From: an uncultured Actinomycetes bacterium
GTDB taxonomy: Bacteria > Actinomycetota > Thermoleophilia > Gaiellales > Gaiellaceae
Assembly (NCBI GenBank): GCA_963733215.1
Contig: CAVTCN010000023.1
Coordinates: 2,935-66,934 of the forward strand
Direction of reading: 5' to 3'
Length of the DNA: 64,000 bases
The position numbers and the translations under genes are program-made. Under the pieces are notes generated by a model. It worked only from the letters and a program-made list of their open reading frames with translations, ran no database searches and was not told where the DNA came from. Within the stretch, counting starts at the first letter, position 1; each line of letters begins with the position of its first letter. Positions 1 to 8,491 of the stretch are shown here, piece by piece.

Positions 1-498
1 CGTGTCACCTTCGCGCGCCGGCCGCCCGTCGGCGGCGGCAAGGTCCGCGACTGTGGAGCGGAGCACCTCGAGCTCGGCGTCGATCAGCTCCTCGGGCACC
101 TCGGGCTCGGGCGAGGCCACCTCGAGCGTGGCCCAGTCGGGCAGCTCGGGTAGCGCCTGGACGCCGACGGTCGCCGTGAACTGGAAGCCTTCCTTCTCGG
201 ACGAAGGCAGCTCGTAGTCGTACTCGGGCGCCGTCGCCGGCCGTACCGTCGTCCCGCGCAGAGCAGCGCGGAACCAGCCGCCGATGTGGCTCTCGACCGC
301 CTCGGCGTAGAGACGGTCCTTGCCGACTCGGGCAAGGAGCACGGGCATCGGCACCTTGCCCTTGCGAAATCCCGGGATCCTCAGGCTCCCGGCGAGGTCC
401 GAGGCGGCGTGGTCGATCGCATGCTTGACGTCGCCGCTCGGGACGTCGACCGTCATCCGGACTTTGCTCTCGGGGAGCTCTTCGACCGTCGCCTTCAC
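1..498 (-). CDS. tig: trigger factor, N-terminal part (gene runs off the left edge of the window)
   Basis: Absent from the ORF track (no stop inside the window). Minus-strand translation from GTG at 498 gives MKATVEELPESKVRMTVDVPSGDVKHAIDHAASDLAGSLRIPGFRKGKVPMPVLLARVGKDRLYAEAVESHIGGWF... It carries the trigger-factor GFRxGxxP ribosome-binding signature. The frame stays open to position 1. Confidence 0.8.
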   Translation of the reverse strand, partial: MKATVEELPESKVRMTVDVPSGDVKHAIDHAASDLAGSLRIPGFRKGKVPMPVLLARVGKDRLYAEAVESHIGGWFRAALRGTTVRPATAPEYDYELPSSEKEGFQFTATVGVQALPELPDWATLEVASPEPEVPEELIDAELEVLRSTVADLAAADGRPAREGDT

Positions 499-680
499 GA
501 GGCGGCCATTGTGCCAGCCGCTCTCGGGGCTGGAGATCGTGCTCCCCGGAGCGCTAGAAGATCAGGACGAGCAGGACGATGATCAGAATCAACAGGAGTA
601 CGCCGCCCCGATGTACATCCCGCCTCCTTTCAGTCGGTGCGGATGCTTCGTGGCGGGACCCCCTCTGACACCCCGGACGA

Positions 681-766
681 TGCGGGCGGGAGGACTCGAA
701 CCTCCAAGAGGGTTTCCCCCCAACGGGACCTAAACCCGCCGCGTCTGCCAGTTCCGCCACGCCCGC
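681..766 (-). tRNA. tRNA-Leu (anticodon TAG), long variable arm
   Basis: Reverse complement reads GCGGGCG TG GCGG...GCGGG TTTAGGT CCCGT...GGAGG TTCGAGT CCTCC CGCCCGC A. Acceptor, anticodon and T arms all pair, with a TTCGAGT T-loop. No encoded CCA. Confidence 0.9.
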
Positions 767-804
767 CGCGATTAGAGGATAGATCGGCCGGGTAGGTAGA
801 GCGC

Positions 805-951
805 ATGACAGACCAGGCAGACCGCGAACGCGAGAGCCGCGAAAGCGACATCACGAAGTTCGAGGAGATCCGCCTCGAAGAGGAGGCCGAACGCGAGCGC
901 CTCACGGAGCGGGTTCAGGACGAGCAGCAGCCCGAGCAGAACGAGCCGTAG
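805..951 (+). CDS. hypothetical small acidic/charged protein (48 aa)
   Basis: ATG at 805 to TAG at 949-951 gives MTDQADRERESRESDITKFEEIRLEEEAERERLTERVQDEQQPEQNEP. GC3 is high, as in real genes here. It is below the ORF-track size cut-off. No recognisable family and a weak RBS. Confidence 0.3.
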   Translation: MTDQADRERESRESDITKFEEIRLEEEAERERLTERVQDEQQPEQNEP

Positions 952-1000
952 GCCAGGATGGCGCAGCGGGCGGCGGACCCTCGGCGACCGATAAGCGGAA

Positions 1001-1072
1001 TGGCCCCGGATGGAGTCGAACCATCGCACGCAGATTCGAAGTCTGCCGCTCTATCCACTGAGCTACGGGGCC
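1001..1072 (-). tRNA. tRNA-Arg (anticodon TCG)
   Basis: Reverse complement reads GGCCCCG TA GCTC AGTGGATA GAGC G GCAGA CTTCGAA TCTGC GTGC GATGG TTCGACT CCATC CGGGGCC A. This is a canonical cloverleaf. Confidence 0.9.
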
Positions 1073-1094
1073 GGTTCGGTCAGAGTAGCGCCCG

Positions 1095-1478
1095 ATGGAC
1101 ACGGAATCCGCAGCCCGGCGCTGGCGCGAGACGTGGCTCCGGTCGTGGCCTTCGAAGGACGTAGGCGCGATCGCGGCGCTGTACGCGCCCGGGGCGCGCT
1201 TCCGGTCGCAGCCGTTCCGCGACCTGCAGGAACCGCGAGCGTACGCCGAGTGGGCGTTCTCCGAACAGGACGAGGCCGAGGTCTGGTTCGGCGAGCCGAT
1301 CGTCTCCGGTGACCGTGCGACGTGCGAGTACTGGGGCGTCGTCTCGTTCCAGGGCAGGGACGAGACGATCGCCGGCGTTGCAGTGATCCGCTTCGACGCC
1401 AACGGGCTCGTCAGCGACCAGCGCGACTACTGGAACGCCGAAGAAGGGCGGCGCGAGCCGCCGGAGGGTTGGGGCTAG
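1095..1478 (+). CDS. SnoaL/NTF2-like fold small protein
   Basis: 127-aa ORF with the pattern typical of SnoaL-like/DUF4440 proteins (W..AW...D...I..LYAPGA.F...P). High GC3. TGA/ATG-type 4-nt overlap with the convergent neighbour. Confidence 0.7.
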   Translation: MDTESAARRWRETWLRSWPSKDVGAIAALYAPGARFRSQPFRDLQEPRAYAEWAFSEQDEAEVWFGEPIVSGDRATCEYWGVVSFQGRDETIAGVAVIRFDANGLVSDQRDYWNAEEGRREPPEGWG

Positions 1479-2287
1479 ATCGCGTTGGGCGGGCGCTCAC
1501 CGCGCTCGACCGCCAGCAGGTTGTCGACCAGCACGCGCGTCATCGCCTCGCGCGTGTCCTCCGTAGCGGTGCCGAGATGCGGCGTCATGACGACGTTCTC
1601 GAGCTCATGGAGCTCCGGCGGGACGTCCGGCTCGTTGGCGAAGACGTCGAGCCCGGCCCGGAGCCGGCCGGAGACGAGCTCGGCGACGAGCGCGGGCTCG
1701 TCCACGACTTGACCGCGTGACGTGTTGACGAGACAGGCGCCGTCTCGCATCAGCGCCAGTCGGGGAGCGTCCATGAAGCCGCGCGTCTCATCCGTGAGCG
1801 GGACGTGGAGCGTGACGACGTCGGCCTGGCCGAGCAGCTCGTCCAGCGGCCGATACGCAGGGTCGTCGTCTGGCCTGCTGCGCGTGTAGAGGACCCGCAT
1901 CTCGAAGCCCCGCGCGCGCTGCGCGACCGCCCGCCCCGTTCGTCCGAGGCCGACGATCCCGAGCGTGGCGCCCGTGACCTCGTCGCCCTTGAGCGGCTCG
2001 TCGGCCCAGCCGCTCCCCCACCGGCCGGAGCGAACGACTCGGTCGCCGGCCGCGATCCGCCTCCGGACCGCGAGGATCAGGCCCATCGTCAGGTCGGCGG
2101 TCGCCGAGGCCGTGACGCCGGGGGTGTTCGTGACCGCGACGCCCCGCTCGCGGCAGGCATCCACGTCGACGAGGTCGTAGCCCGCGCCGTAGTTCGCAAC
2201 CAGCCTCAGGTTCGGGAAGCGATCGAGCGTCGCCCGGTTGACGTCCTCGGCGACGACGGCGAGCGCCTCGACGTCGTCGCGTGGCAT
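1475..2287 (-). CDS. D-isomer specific 2-hydroxyacid dehydrogenase (glyoxylate/hydroxypyruvate reductase-like)
   Basis: NAD-binding GxGxxG (GIVGLGRTGRAVAQRA) and catalytic-region motifs (LVNTSRG...DVF..EP...H...NVV.TPH). The in-frame upstream sequence LKVLASRRFPGPAWEEL looks like the true N-terminus. The start may therefore be a CTG at 2365, only 7 nt from tRNA-His. Confidence 0.85.
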   Translation of the reverse strand: MPRDDVEALAVVAEDVNRATLDRFPNLRLVANYGAGYDLVDVDACRERGVAVTNTPGVTASATADLTMGLILAVRRRIAAGDRVVRSGRWGSGWADEPLKGDEVTGATLGIVGLGRTGRAVAQRARGFEMRVLYTRSRPDDDPAYRPLDELLGQADVVTLHVPLTDETRGFMDAPRLALMRDGACLVNTSRGQVVDEPALVAELVSGRLRAGLDVFANEPDVPPELHELENVVMTPHLGTATEDTREAMTRVLVDNLLAVERGERPPNAI

Positions 2288-2372
2288 ACCAAGATCGCCG
2301 TACTCGACGTCCGCGAGCTCCTCCCATGCCGGGCCGGGGAAGCGGCGTGACGCGAGAACCTTCAGCGTGAGA

Positions 2373-2446
2373 GGTGGCGGAGGGGACTCGAACCCCCGAC
2401 CACCGGGACCACAACCCGGGGCTCTACCAACTGAGCTACCGCCACC
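2373..2446 (-). tRNA. tRNA-His (anticodon GTG) with genomically encoded G-1
   Basis: Reverse complement reads G GTGGCGG TA GCTC AGTTGGTA GAGC C CCGGG TTGTGGT CCCGG TGGTC GGGGG TTCGAGT CCCCT CCGCCAC C. The extra 5' G lies opposite discriminator C, as is typical of bacterial tRNA-His. Confidence 0.9.
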
Positions 2447-2449
2447 GCG

Positions 2450-3035
2450 CTAGGCCAAGGATAGCTGCGCCTTCCCGAACGTCAGCGCGCGGACCGGCGC
2501 CTGCGAGAACTCTTCGACCAGTGTCTTGCAGAACGCCGGGAGATCGTCCGGGTCTCGGCTGGAGATCAGTCCGTCGTCCACGACGACCTCCCGGTCCACC
2601 CAGCTGCCGCCCGCGTTCTCGACGTCGGTCCGGATCGACGGGAACGAAGTCAGCGTCCGGTCACGGACGACGTCCGCCTCGACGAGCGTCCACGGGCCGT
2701 GGCAGATCACGGCGACCGGCTTGCCCGACTCGACGAAGGTCCGCGCGAAGCGCACGGCGTCCTCGTTGGACCGGAGCGTGTCCGGGTTGCCGACCCCACC
2801 GGGGAGCACGAGCCCGTCGTAGTCGTCTGCGGTGACTTCGCTCACGACCCGGTCGACCTGGAACGTGTTCGGCCTTGTCGTAGTGGTCGAAGCCCTGGAT
2901 CTCGCCCTCCTCGAGCGAGACGAGCTCCGGCGTGCCGCCCGCCTCCTCGACCGCCTTCCACGGCTCCGTCAGCTCCACCTGCTCGACCATGTCGGTCGCG
3001 AGAAACGCAATCTTCTTACCGGTCAGCTCGGCCAT
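2450..3035 (-). pseudogene. DJ-1/PfpI family protein, reading frame broken once
   Basis: N-terminal part (ORF 2661..3035, [34 protein letters not shown]...[10 protein letters not shown]). C-terminal part (ORF 2450..2845, preceded in frame by FQVDRV, then [21 protein letters not shown]...VAVICHGPW). Together they form one PfpI-like protein in two frames. The junction is at about 2862-2870. Confidence 0.8.
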
Positions 3036-3103
3036 GTCCCCTCCTCGGTTGGTCTGCTGCGAGGCCTACCCGGAATGCCCCGGCGCTACGCTTTGGGCAA
3101 CGG

Positions 3104-3175
3104 GCGCCCGTAGCTCAGTGGAAGAGCAGCGGACTTCTAATCCGCGGGTCGGAGGTTCGAATCCTCCCGGGCGCG
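3104..3175 (+). tRNA. tRNA-Arg (anticodon TCT)
   Basis: GCGCCCG TA GCTC AGTGGAA GAGC A GCGGA CTTCTAA TCCGC GGGTC GGAGG TTCGAAT CCTCC CGGGCGC G. Confidence 0.9.
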
Positions 3176-3190
3176 TGCGGTACGAGGGGC

Positions 3191-3463
3191 TTACGTGTCG
3201 ACGTCGGGGTCGATCTCGTCCGCGCGCTGCGCTCTCGCTTCGGCCGCCTCGCGCTCACGGCGGGCGAGATCGGCCTGCTCCTGCGCTTCCGCCTGCCGCT
3301 GCTTGGCCTCCTCCGCTTGCTCGTCTGCGCCACGCCGAAGCTCGTGGGCCTCTTCGCGACGCCCCTCGAGCTTCCGCTCGCGGGCGCGGCGGCCGCCGAA
3401 CAGGAGGACGGCGAGCACGACGATCGCGGCGATCACGATCAGCACGATGATCCAGGTATCCAT
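3191..3463 (-). CDS. small membrane-anchored protein with charged coiled-coil tail (90 aa)
   Basis: Internal ATG (3463) of track ORF 3191..4126. Sequence is MDTWIIVLIVIAAIVVLAVLLFGG followed by an R/E/A-rich helix. The upstream part of that track ORF is antisense shadow of the CAP gene. Confidence 0.55.
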   Translation of the reverse strand: MDTWIIVLIVIAAIVVLAVLLFGGRRARERKLEGRREEAHELRRGADEQAEEAKQRQAEAQEQADLARREREAAEARAQRADEIDPDVDT

Positions 3464-3504
3464 GCTGCTTCCCCTTCCCCGCTCGGCGAGCGGCAAACGC
3501 GAAG

Positions 3505-4122
3505 CTAGCCGCGGGAGCCGAAGTCGGCGGTCAGGATCGTGACCGCTCGGCCGCCGTACTCGCCCGGCGCGCCCGCGAAGAAGACCGCGCCGATCCCTAC
3601 CTCGCGCCAATTGCGCGACAGCATGTTCTGGCGGTGCGACGGGCTGTTCATCCACTCGCGGACGGCGAAACCGGCGTCGTAGGTGTCGCTGCCCCAGAGC
3701 AAGTTCTCGCCGACCGTCCACGAGCGGAAGCCCCTCGAGGGATAGAAGCGCTCGATTCGCCGCCAGAACTGGGCGCCGCTGAGCGAGTCGTGCTCGAAGT
3801 ACCCGCGGCGGCCCATGTCCTTCGAGTGGAAGACGGCCGCGGCGCGAAGACGGCGGCTCGGACGGAGCGGCCGAAGCCCGTGAGACCGTCGCACGATGTT
3901 CATCCGCACGACGACCGAGCTCTCCAGCACCGCCATCGCCGCACGTGCTCCACCTCGCTGCGGCGCGGACGTGCGCGCCGGCGCTGCGGCCACGGCTGTG
4001 CTCTTCAGCTGGGCGTGGACGAGGGTGCGGACTCCTTGGGAAACGGCTGCCTCGCTTTGTCCGACCGCGAGGGCGGCTGCAAGCGCAACGACGGCGGCCA
4101 CCAGTGCCATACCCCTCCGCAT
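3505..4122 (-). CDS. secreted CAP/SCP (YkwD-like) domain protein
   Basis: Signal-peptide-like start MRRGMALVAAVVALAAALAVG. CAP motifs HS.DM....YF.H.S..G..F..R.......GENL.WG and W..SP.H..N.L...W.E.G.G. The start was chosen at the ATG at 4122 inside the longer track ORF. Confidence 0.8.
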   Translation of the reverse strand: MRRGMALVAAVVALAAALAVGQSEAAVSQGVRTLVHAQLKSTAVAAAPARTSAPQRGGARAAMAVLESSVVVRMNIVRRSHGLRPLRPSRRLRAAAVFHSKDMGRRGYFEHDSLSGAQFWRRIERFYPSRGFRSWTVGENLLWGSDTYDAGFAVREWMNSPSHRQNMLSRNWREVGIGAVFFAGAPGEYGGRAVTILTADFGSRG

Positions 4123-4184
4123 GCACTCGATATCGGCCTGCACCGCCCGATGGGCGTCACTCGTGCCAGGGATTCTTCGGTTCG

Positions 4185-5255
4185 CTAGACGGGGGCAGTT
4201 TCGCGCGAACCGCGTTCGCGGCGGCCGCGGAGCCAGGCCAGGAGCAAGACCTGGATCGTCCCCGCGACCGGAATGGCCGCCAGCGCGCCGAGGATGCCCG
4301 CGATCTTCGCGCCGATCAGCACGGAAACGAGGATCGCGAGCGGCGAGAGCTGCACCGTTCGGCTGTAGACGAGCGGCTGGAGGAGGTGGTTCTCGACCTG
4401 CTGGTAGACGATCATGAACGCGAGCACGATGATCCCCGCCGGGATCGAGGTCAGGAACGCGACGGCGGTCAGGATGATCGCGGCGAGGGTGGCGCCGGCG
4501 AGCGGAATCAGGTCGAGGATCGCCACCAACAAGCCAAGTGCGACCGCGTACGGCACGTCCAGGATCAGCAGCACGATCGTCGAGCTGACGCCCGCGATGA
4601 CGCTGATCAGCAGGTTGCCGGTCACGTAGCCGCCGACCGTCCGGTAGATCTCGGAGCCGATTCCGCGCCACTTCTCCTGCGACCCCTCCGGCAGCAGTCC
4701 GTAGAACCGCTCCATCCACCGCGGGCCTTCCAGGAGCATGAAGAACGTCATGAACGCGATCGTGACGACCGCGACGATGAACGTGATCACGCTCTGGGTG
4801 ACCGCGAGCGCTGTGTCGGAGAGACCGAGGACGCTCGAAGCGTCGCCGCCCTGGACGGCGTCGCGCACCCGCTCATCGATCTCGTAGCGCTCGACGAGCT
4901 CGCCGAGCGGCCCCCGCCCCTCCGAGACGTCGTTCACGTAGTCCGGCAGCTCGTCCGCAAACCCCGTGGCCTCGTCGACGAGGGTCGGGATGAAGAGCGA
5001 GCCGGCAGCGACCATCACCCCGAGCGCGAGCAGCGAGGTGATTGCGGTCGCGAGGCCGCGCCGCAAGCCGCGCCGCTCGAACGCCTCCACGGCCGGGTTC
5101 AGCGCCAGCGCCAGGAAGATCGCGACGACGATCCACGTGAGCACCTGGCGCGAGATCCAGGTGACGTAGAGCAGGAGGAGAAAGGCGAAGGTGAGCCCGA
5201 GAACGGCCAGGACCGTGGTCGGGCGAATGCGGACGATCCGCTCTTCGGCGGGCAC
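4185..5255 (-). CDS. AI-2E family transporter (PerM/UPF0118)
   Basis: Polytopic protein with the family-typical C-terminal half ([48 protein letters not shown]...[20 protein letters not shown]). The start was placed at GTG 5255 ([14 protein letters not shown]...). Further upstream the track ORF overlaps the divergent gene. Confidence 0.85.
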   Translation of the reverse strand: MPAEERIVRIRPTTVLAVLGLTFAFLLLLYVTWISRQVLTWIVVAIFLALALNPAVEAFERRGLRRGLATAITSLLALGVMVAAGSLFIPTLVDEATGFADELPDYVNDVSEGRGPLGELVERYEIDERVRDAVQGGDASSVLGLSDTALAVTQSVITFIVAVVTIAFMTFFMLLEGPRWMERFYGLLPEGSQEKWRGIGSEIYRTVGGYVTGNLLISVIAGVSSTIVLLILDVPYAVALGLLVAILDLIPLAGATLAAIILTAVAFLTSIPAGIIVLAFMIVYQQVENHLLQPLVYSRTVQLSPLAILVSVLIGAKIAGILGALAAIPVAGTIQVLLLAWLRGRRERGSRETAPV

Positions 5256-5300
5256 CGCGCAAGGATCGCGGCACGGTCGGACGTTTCGGTCGGTCCCGGC

Positions 5301-5612
5301 ATGGTGAAATGGAGCGGCATGAGCCTTCGCGGGACCCCGATCGAACAGGAGGCCGAGCTGCCCGACGGCCGGGTCTTCCTCGTCCGGGTCGGTGTGCTCG
5401 ACGACTCGTACGTCGCGCGACGCGAGATCCAGACGGTGGCACTCGAGCTCGTCGAGGACGGCCAGGTGGCCGCGTCGGTGAACACCGTGCTCGGCCCCGA
5501 GCACGAGAGCGAGGCGCGCGCGCTCGCCCGGGAGGTCGCGGACAGGCTCGCGTCCGGCGATCTGGAGCCGACGGCGGGAGCGCTCGAGCCACTGGCGGAC
5601 ACGATCCGATGA
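5301..5612 (+). CDS. hypothetical protein (103 aa), translationally coupled to the PPIase
   Basis: Tail of track ORF 3945..5612 from ATG 5301 ([44 protein letters not shown]...). High GC3. ATGA stop/start overlap with the next gene. No family recognised. Confidence 0.5.
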   Translation: MVKWSGMSLRGTPIEQEAELPDGRVFLVRVGVLDDSYVARREIQTVALELVEDGQVAASVNTVLGPEHESEARALAREVADRLASGDLEPTAGALEPLADTIR

Positions 5613-6121
5613 GGCAGGCCACTCTTCACACGAGCGAAGGGGCGATCGAGCTCGAGCTCTATCCGAATGAAGCTCCCAAGACGGTCGAGAACTTCGTGAA
5701 GCTCGCCCGCGACGGCTTCTACGAGGGCGTCATCTTCCATCGGGTGATTCCCGACTTCATGATCCAGGGCGGCGATCCGACCGGCACCGGGACGGGCGGC
5801 CCGGGCTACGAGTTCGAGGACGAGTTCAACGAGCACCGCGTCGTCCGTGGTGCGCTCGCCATGGCCAACGCCGGGCCGAACACGAACGGGAGCCAGTTCT
5901 TCATCGTCACTGCCGAGGCGACGCCGTGGCTGGACGGGAAGCACACGGTCTTCGGCAAGGTGACGTCGGGGATGGACGTGGTCGACCGGATCGCGGAGGC
6001 CGAGCGAGACGACAACGACCGGCCTGCCAGCCCCGTCGCGATCGAGCGCGTCGAGCTGCCACAGACGACAGAACTAGCCTCGTACGCGTCAGAGCGGGCG
6101 GCGGGAATCGAACCCGCATAA
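5609..6121 (+). CDS. cyclophilin-type peptidyl-prolyl cis-trans isomerase
   Basis: [73 protein letters not shown]...[19 protein letters not shown] is a textbook cyclophilin. The last ~29 nt overlap tRNA-Gly on the opposite strand. Confidence 0.9.
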   Translation: MRQATLHTSEGAIELELYPNEAPKTVENFVKLARDGFYEGVIFHRVIPDFMIQGGDPTGTGTGGPGYEFEDEFNEHRVVRGALAMANAGPNTNGSQFFIVTAEATPWLDGKHTVFGKVTSGMDVVDRIAEAERDDNDRPASPVAIERVELPQTTELASYASERAAGIEPA

Positions 6122-6163
6122 CTAGCTTGGAAGGCTAGGGCTCTACCATTGAGCTACGCCCGC
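6093..6163 (-). tRNA. tRNA-Gly (anticodon TCC)
   Basis: Reverse complement reads GCGGGCG TA GCTC AATGGTA GAGC C CTAGC CTTCCAA GCTAG TTAT GCGGG TTCGATT CCCGC CGCCCGC T. Confidence 0.9.
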
Positions 6164-6252
6164 GCGCCGGACTAGCGTAGCGCTCGATCTCCCGCCCAGA
6201 TCCCTACTCCTGGACCGTCCACCCGGAGGCGACGCTCGCCGTCGCCGCGCTC

Positions 6253-6951
6253 GTGCTCGCCTACGTCCTCCTGACGCGCGGTGAGCAGGTCGAGCGGTGG
6301 CGCATGGCCGCTTTCGGCACCGGCTGCCTGCTGCTCCTCGCTACCGCGGTCACGCCGCTCGAGGCGCTGAGCTACCACCTGCTCTCGATGCACCTGCTCC
6401 AGAACGTGATCCTCGCGGAGTGGGCGCCGGCGCTCCTCGTCCTGGGCATCCCGCCGTCCGTCGCCGAGCGGCTCGCGCGCGTGCCGGCCGTCCGGCTGCT
6501 CACCCGGCCGCCGGTCGCGCTCGTCCTCTGGCTCCTCGTCTACTTCGCCTGGCACCTGCCGCGCGCCTACGACGCGGCGCTGGAGCATCCGGCGACTCTG
6601 CTCCACCTGGAGCACGCCATGTACCTCGGCGCCGGGGCGCTGCTCTGGTGGCCGGTGCTCCAGGACGCGCCGCATCACCTCTCGAACGCGGCCCGAGCGC
6701 TCTACCTGTTCCTCGCGTTCATCCTCGCGAGCCCGATCGGGCTGCTCCTGGCGCTGGCGCCCGAAGCGGTCTACGACTACTACGTCGAGGGCGGCGGGCT
6801 CTGGGGGCTCGGCGCGCATGCCGACCAGCAGCTCGCGGGCGTGACGATGGCGACGGAGCAGGCGATCGTCTTCTTCGCCGTCTTCGCGATCTTCTTCTTC
6901 CGGTTCCTCGCCGACGAGGAGAACGTCCAGTCCCCGGCCGGCACCAAATAG
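6253..6951 (+). CDS. ctaG: cytochrome c oxidase assembly factor CtaG-like membrane protein (caa3_CtaG family)
   Basis: Multi-TM protein with HLLQNV...EW.P.LL..G and HLEHAMYLGAGALLWWPV motifs. In-frame conserved-looking residues (PYSWTVHPEATLAVAAL) lie upstream of the GTG at 6253. They run back to a TAG at 6178-6180 with no canonical start between. Confidence 0.7.
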   Translation: MLAYVLLTRGEQVERWRMAAFGTGCLLLLATAVTPLEALSYHLLSMHLLQNVILAEWAPALLVLGIPPSVAERLARVPAVRLLTRPPVALVLWLLVYFAWHLPRAYDAALEHPATLLHLEHAMYLGAGALLWWPVLQDAPHHLSNAARALYLFLAFILASPIGLLLALAPEAVYDYYVEGGGLWGLGAHADQQLAGVTMATEQAIVFFAVFAIFFFRFLADEENVQSPAGTK

Positions 6952-6966
6952 GCCGTTCGGCCTATT
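6947..6966 (+). terminator. hairpin overlapping the ctaG stop codon
   Basis: AATAGGCCG TT CGGCCTATT forms 9-nt perfect arms. As RNA this is an 8-bp stem with a GUUC loop, followed by GCAAUU. Confidence 0.4.
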
Positions 6967-7004
6967 GCAATTCGCAAGCAAGGCTGACAGCGTTGGACGT
7001 AGCG

Positions 7005-7388
7005 ATGCCGGTGCCGCAGCTCGCCTCAGCCCAGCAGGACCTGGTCCAGGAGACCCTCCTCGGAGAGGCGCTCGAGCATGGACCGTTCGGCGCCATCGTT
7101 CTCGACGAAGAGGGCAGATATCTCGCCGCGAACAGGCTGGCCTGCAAGCTCTCGGGCTACACGCGTAAGGAGCTGCTCGAGGGCGGCGCAAAGGCGCTCT
7201 CCTTCGAGCCCTCGGGCGCCGAAGTGACGATGCACCAGATGGCGGTGGGTGACCTTCAGGCAGGGACTGCGGACCTGAAGCGCAAGGACGGCACCGGCAT
7301 CACGTGCGAGTACCGCCTCGGCCCAACGCGAAGCGGCGGAATGCCGTTCTTCATCGTCATCTTCTGGGAGCGGAGCGAAACGGACTAG
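7005..7388 (+). CDS. stand-alone PAS domain protein (127 aa)
   Basis: ATG 7005 inside track ORF 6297..7388. Sequence LVQETLLGEALEHGPFGAIVLDEEGRYLAANRLACKLSGYTRKELL...DLKRKDGTGITCEYRL fits the PAS fold pattern. The stop abuts the 3' end of tRNA-Pro. Confidence 0.7.
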   Translation: MPVPQLASAQQDLVQETLLGEALEHGPFGAIVLDEEGRYLAANRLACKLSGYTRKELLEGGAKALSFEPSGAEVTMHQMAVGDLQAGTADLKRKDGTGITCEYRLGPTRSGGMPFFIVIFWERSETD

Positions 7389-7462
7389 TCGGGACGGCCG
7401 GATTCGAACCGGCGGCCTCCCGCTCCCAAAGCGGGCGCGCTACCAGGCTGCGCCACGTCCCG
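7389..7462 (-). tRNA. tRNA-Pro (anticodon TGG)
   Basis: Reverse complement reads CGGGACG TG GCGC AGCCTGGTA GCGC G CCCGC TTTGGGA GCGGG AGGCC GCCGG TTCGAAT CCGGC CGTCCCG A. Confidence 0.9.
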
Positions 7463-7503
7463 GCCGTAGCAGTGTAGAGCCGCCACCCGGATAGGCTCGC
7501 CGC

Positions 7504-8418
7504 GTGAACCGCCGGCCCGCGCTGGGGTACGCGATGGTGCTCACGGCGGCGACGCTCTGGGCGCTGAACGGCGCCGTCTCGAAGGTCATCCTCCAGTCTG
7601 GCGGAGTGACCTCGGAGCGGCTGACCGAGGTGCGCGCCACCGGAGCGTTTCTGCTCCTGTTCGCCGCCCTGCTCGTCTGGCGGCGCTCGACCCTTCGCGT
7701 GAGCCTCGGCGAGCTGCCGTTTCTCGCCGTCTTCGGCGTGGCCGGCCTGGCGTTCGTCGCCTGGTTCTACTTCGTGGCGATCGAGCGACTGGAGATCGGC
7801 GTCGCGCTGCTGATCCAGTACGTCGCGCCCGTGCTCGTCGCGCTCTACGCGCGGTACGTCCTCCACGAGCCGGTGCGGCGGCGAATCTGGGCCGCGCTGG
7901 CCCTCGCGATCGTCGGCCTCACGCTGCTCCTCCAGCTCTGGCACGGCCTCGAGCTGGACGGGATCGGCGTCCTCGCGTCGATCGGAGCAGCGATCACGTT
8001 CGCGCTCTACATCCTCATGGCCGATCGAGGGATCCGTCGCCGCACGTCGTCCTCGCTGCTCGCCTACGGCTTCCTCTTCGCCGCGCTCTTCTGGGCAGTG
8101 GTGCAGCCGTGGACGAGCTTTCCGTGGCACCTCCTCGACGACAGCGTGTCGCTGCTCGGCCGGCTCGAGTCGGTCGAGCTGCCGGTCTGGCTCCTGATGG
8201 CATGGATGGTCGTCCTCGGGACGATCGTGCCGTTCGGGCTGCTGGTCGCAGCGCTCCGGCACGTCAGCCCGACCCGCGCTGGGATCCTGGCGATGTTCGA
8301 GCCCGTCGCGGGCACGGTGATCGCCTACGCATGGCTGCGCGAGGAGCTGGAGCCGATCCAGCTCATGGGCGCCGCAATCGTGCTTTGCGGGATCGGGTTG
8401 GCGCAAACGGCGCGCTAA
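7504..8418 (+). CDS. EamA/DMT superfamily transporter
   Basis: 304 aa, about 10 TM segments arranged as two EamA-like halves (LWALNGAVSKV... and ...FEPVAGTVIAYAWLRE.L...Q..GA.IVL.GI). Confidence 0.85.
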   Translation: MNRRPALGYAMVLTAATLWALNGAVSKVILQSGGVTSERLTEVRATGAFLLLFAALLVWRRSTLRVSLGELPFLAVFGVAGLAFVAWFYFVAIERLEIGVALLIQYVAPVLVALYARYVLHEPVRRRIWAALALAIVGLTLLLQLWHGLELDGIGVLASIGAAITFALYILMADRGIRRRTSSSLLAYGFLFAALFWAVVQPWTSFPWHLLDDSVSLLGRLESVELPVWLLMAWMVVLGTIVPFGLLVAALRHVSPTRAGILAMFEPVAGTVIAYAWLREELEPIQLMGAAIVLCGIGLAQTAR

Positions 8419-8491
8419 TTCTGCTGATAACTCGCGATATCTCCAAAACTGGCAACACGATTTGCATTCGTCTGGCACACTCATCCGCCGA

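Noticed and set aside
8450-8466. Sigma-54-like promoter TGGCAacacgatTTGCA upstream of the second CAP gene
   Set aside because: The GG-to-GC spacing is one nucleotide longer than the strict -24/-12 spacing. The element reads TGGCAA, not TGGCAC. The apparent phylum generally lacks RpoN, and no RpoN or EBP gene is in the window.
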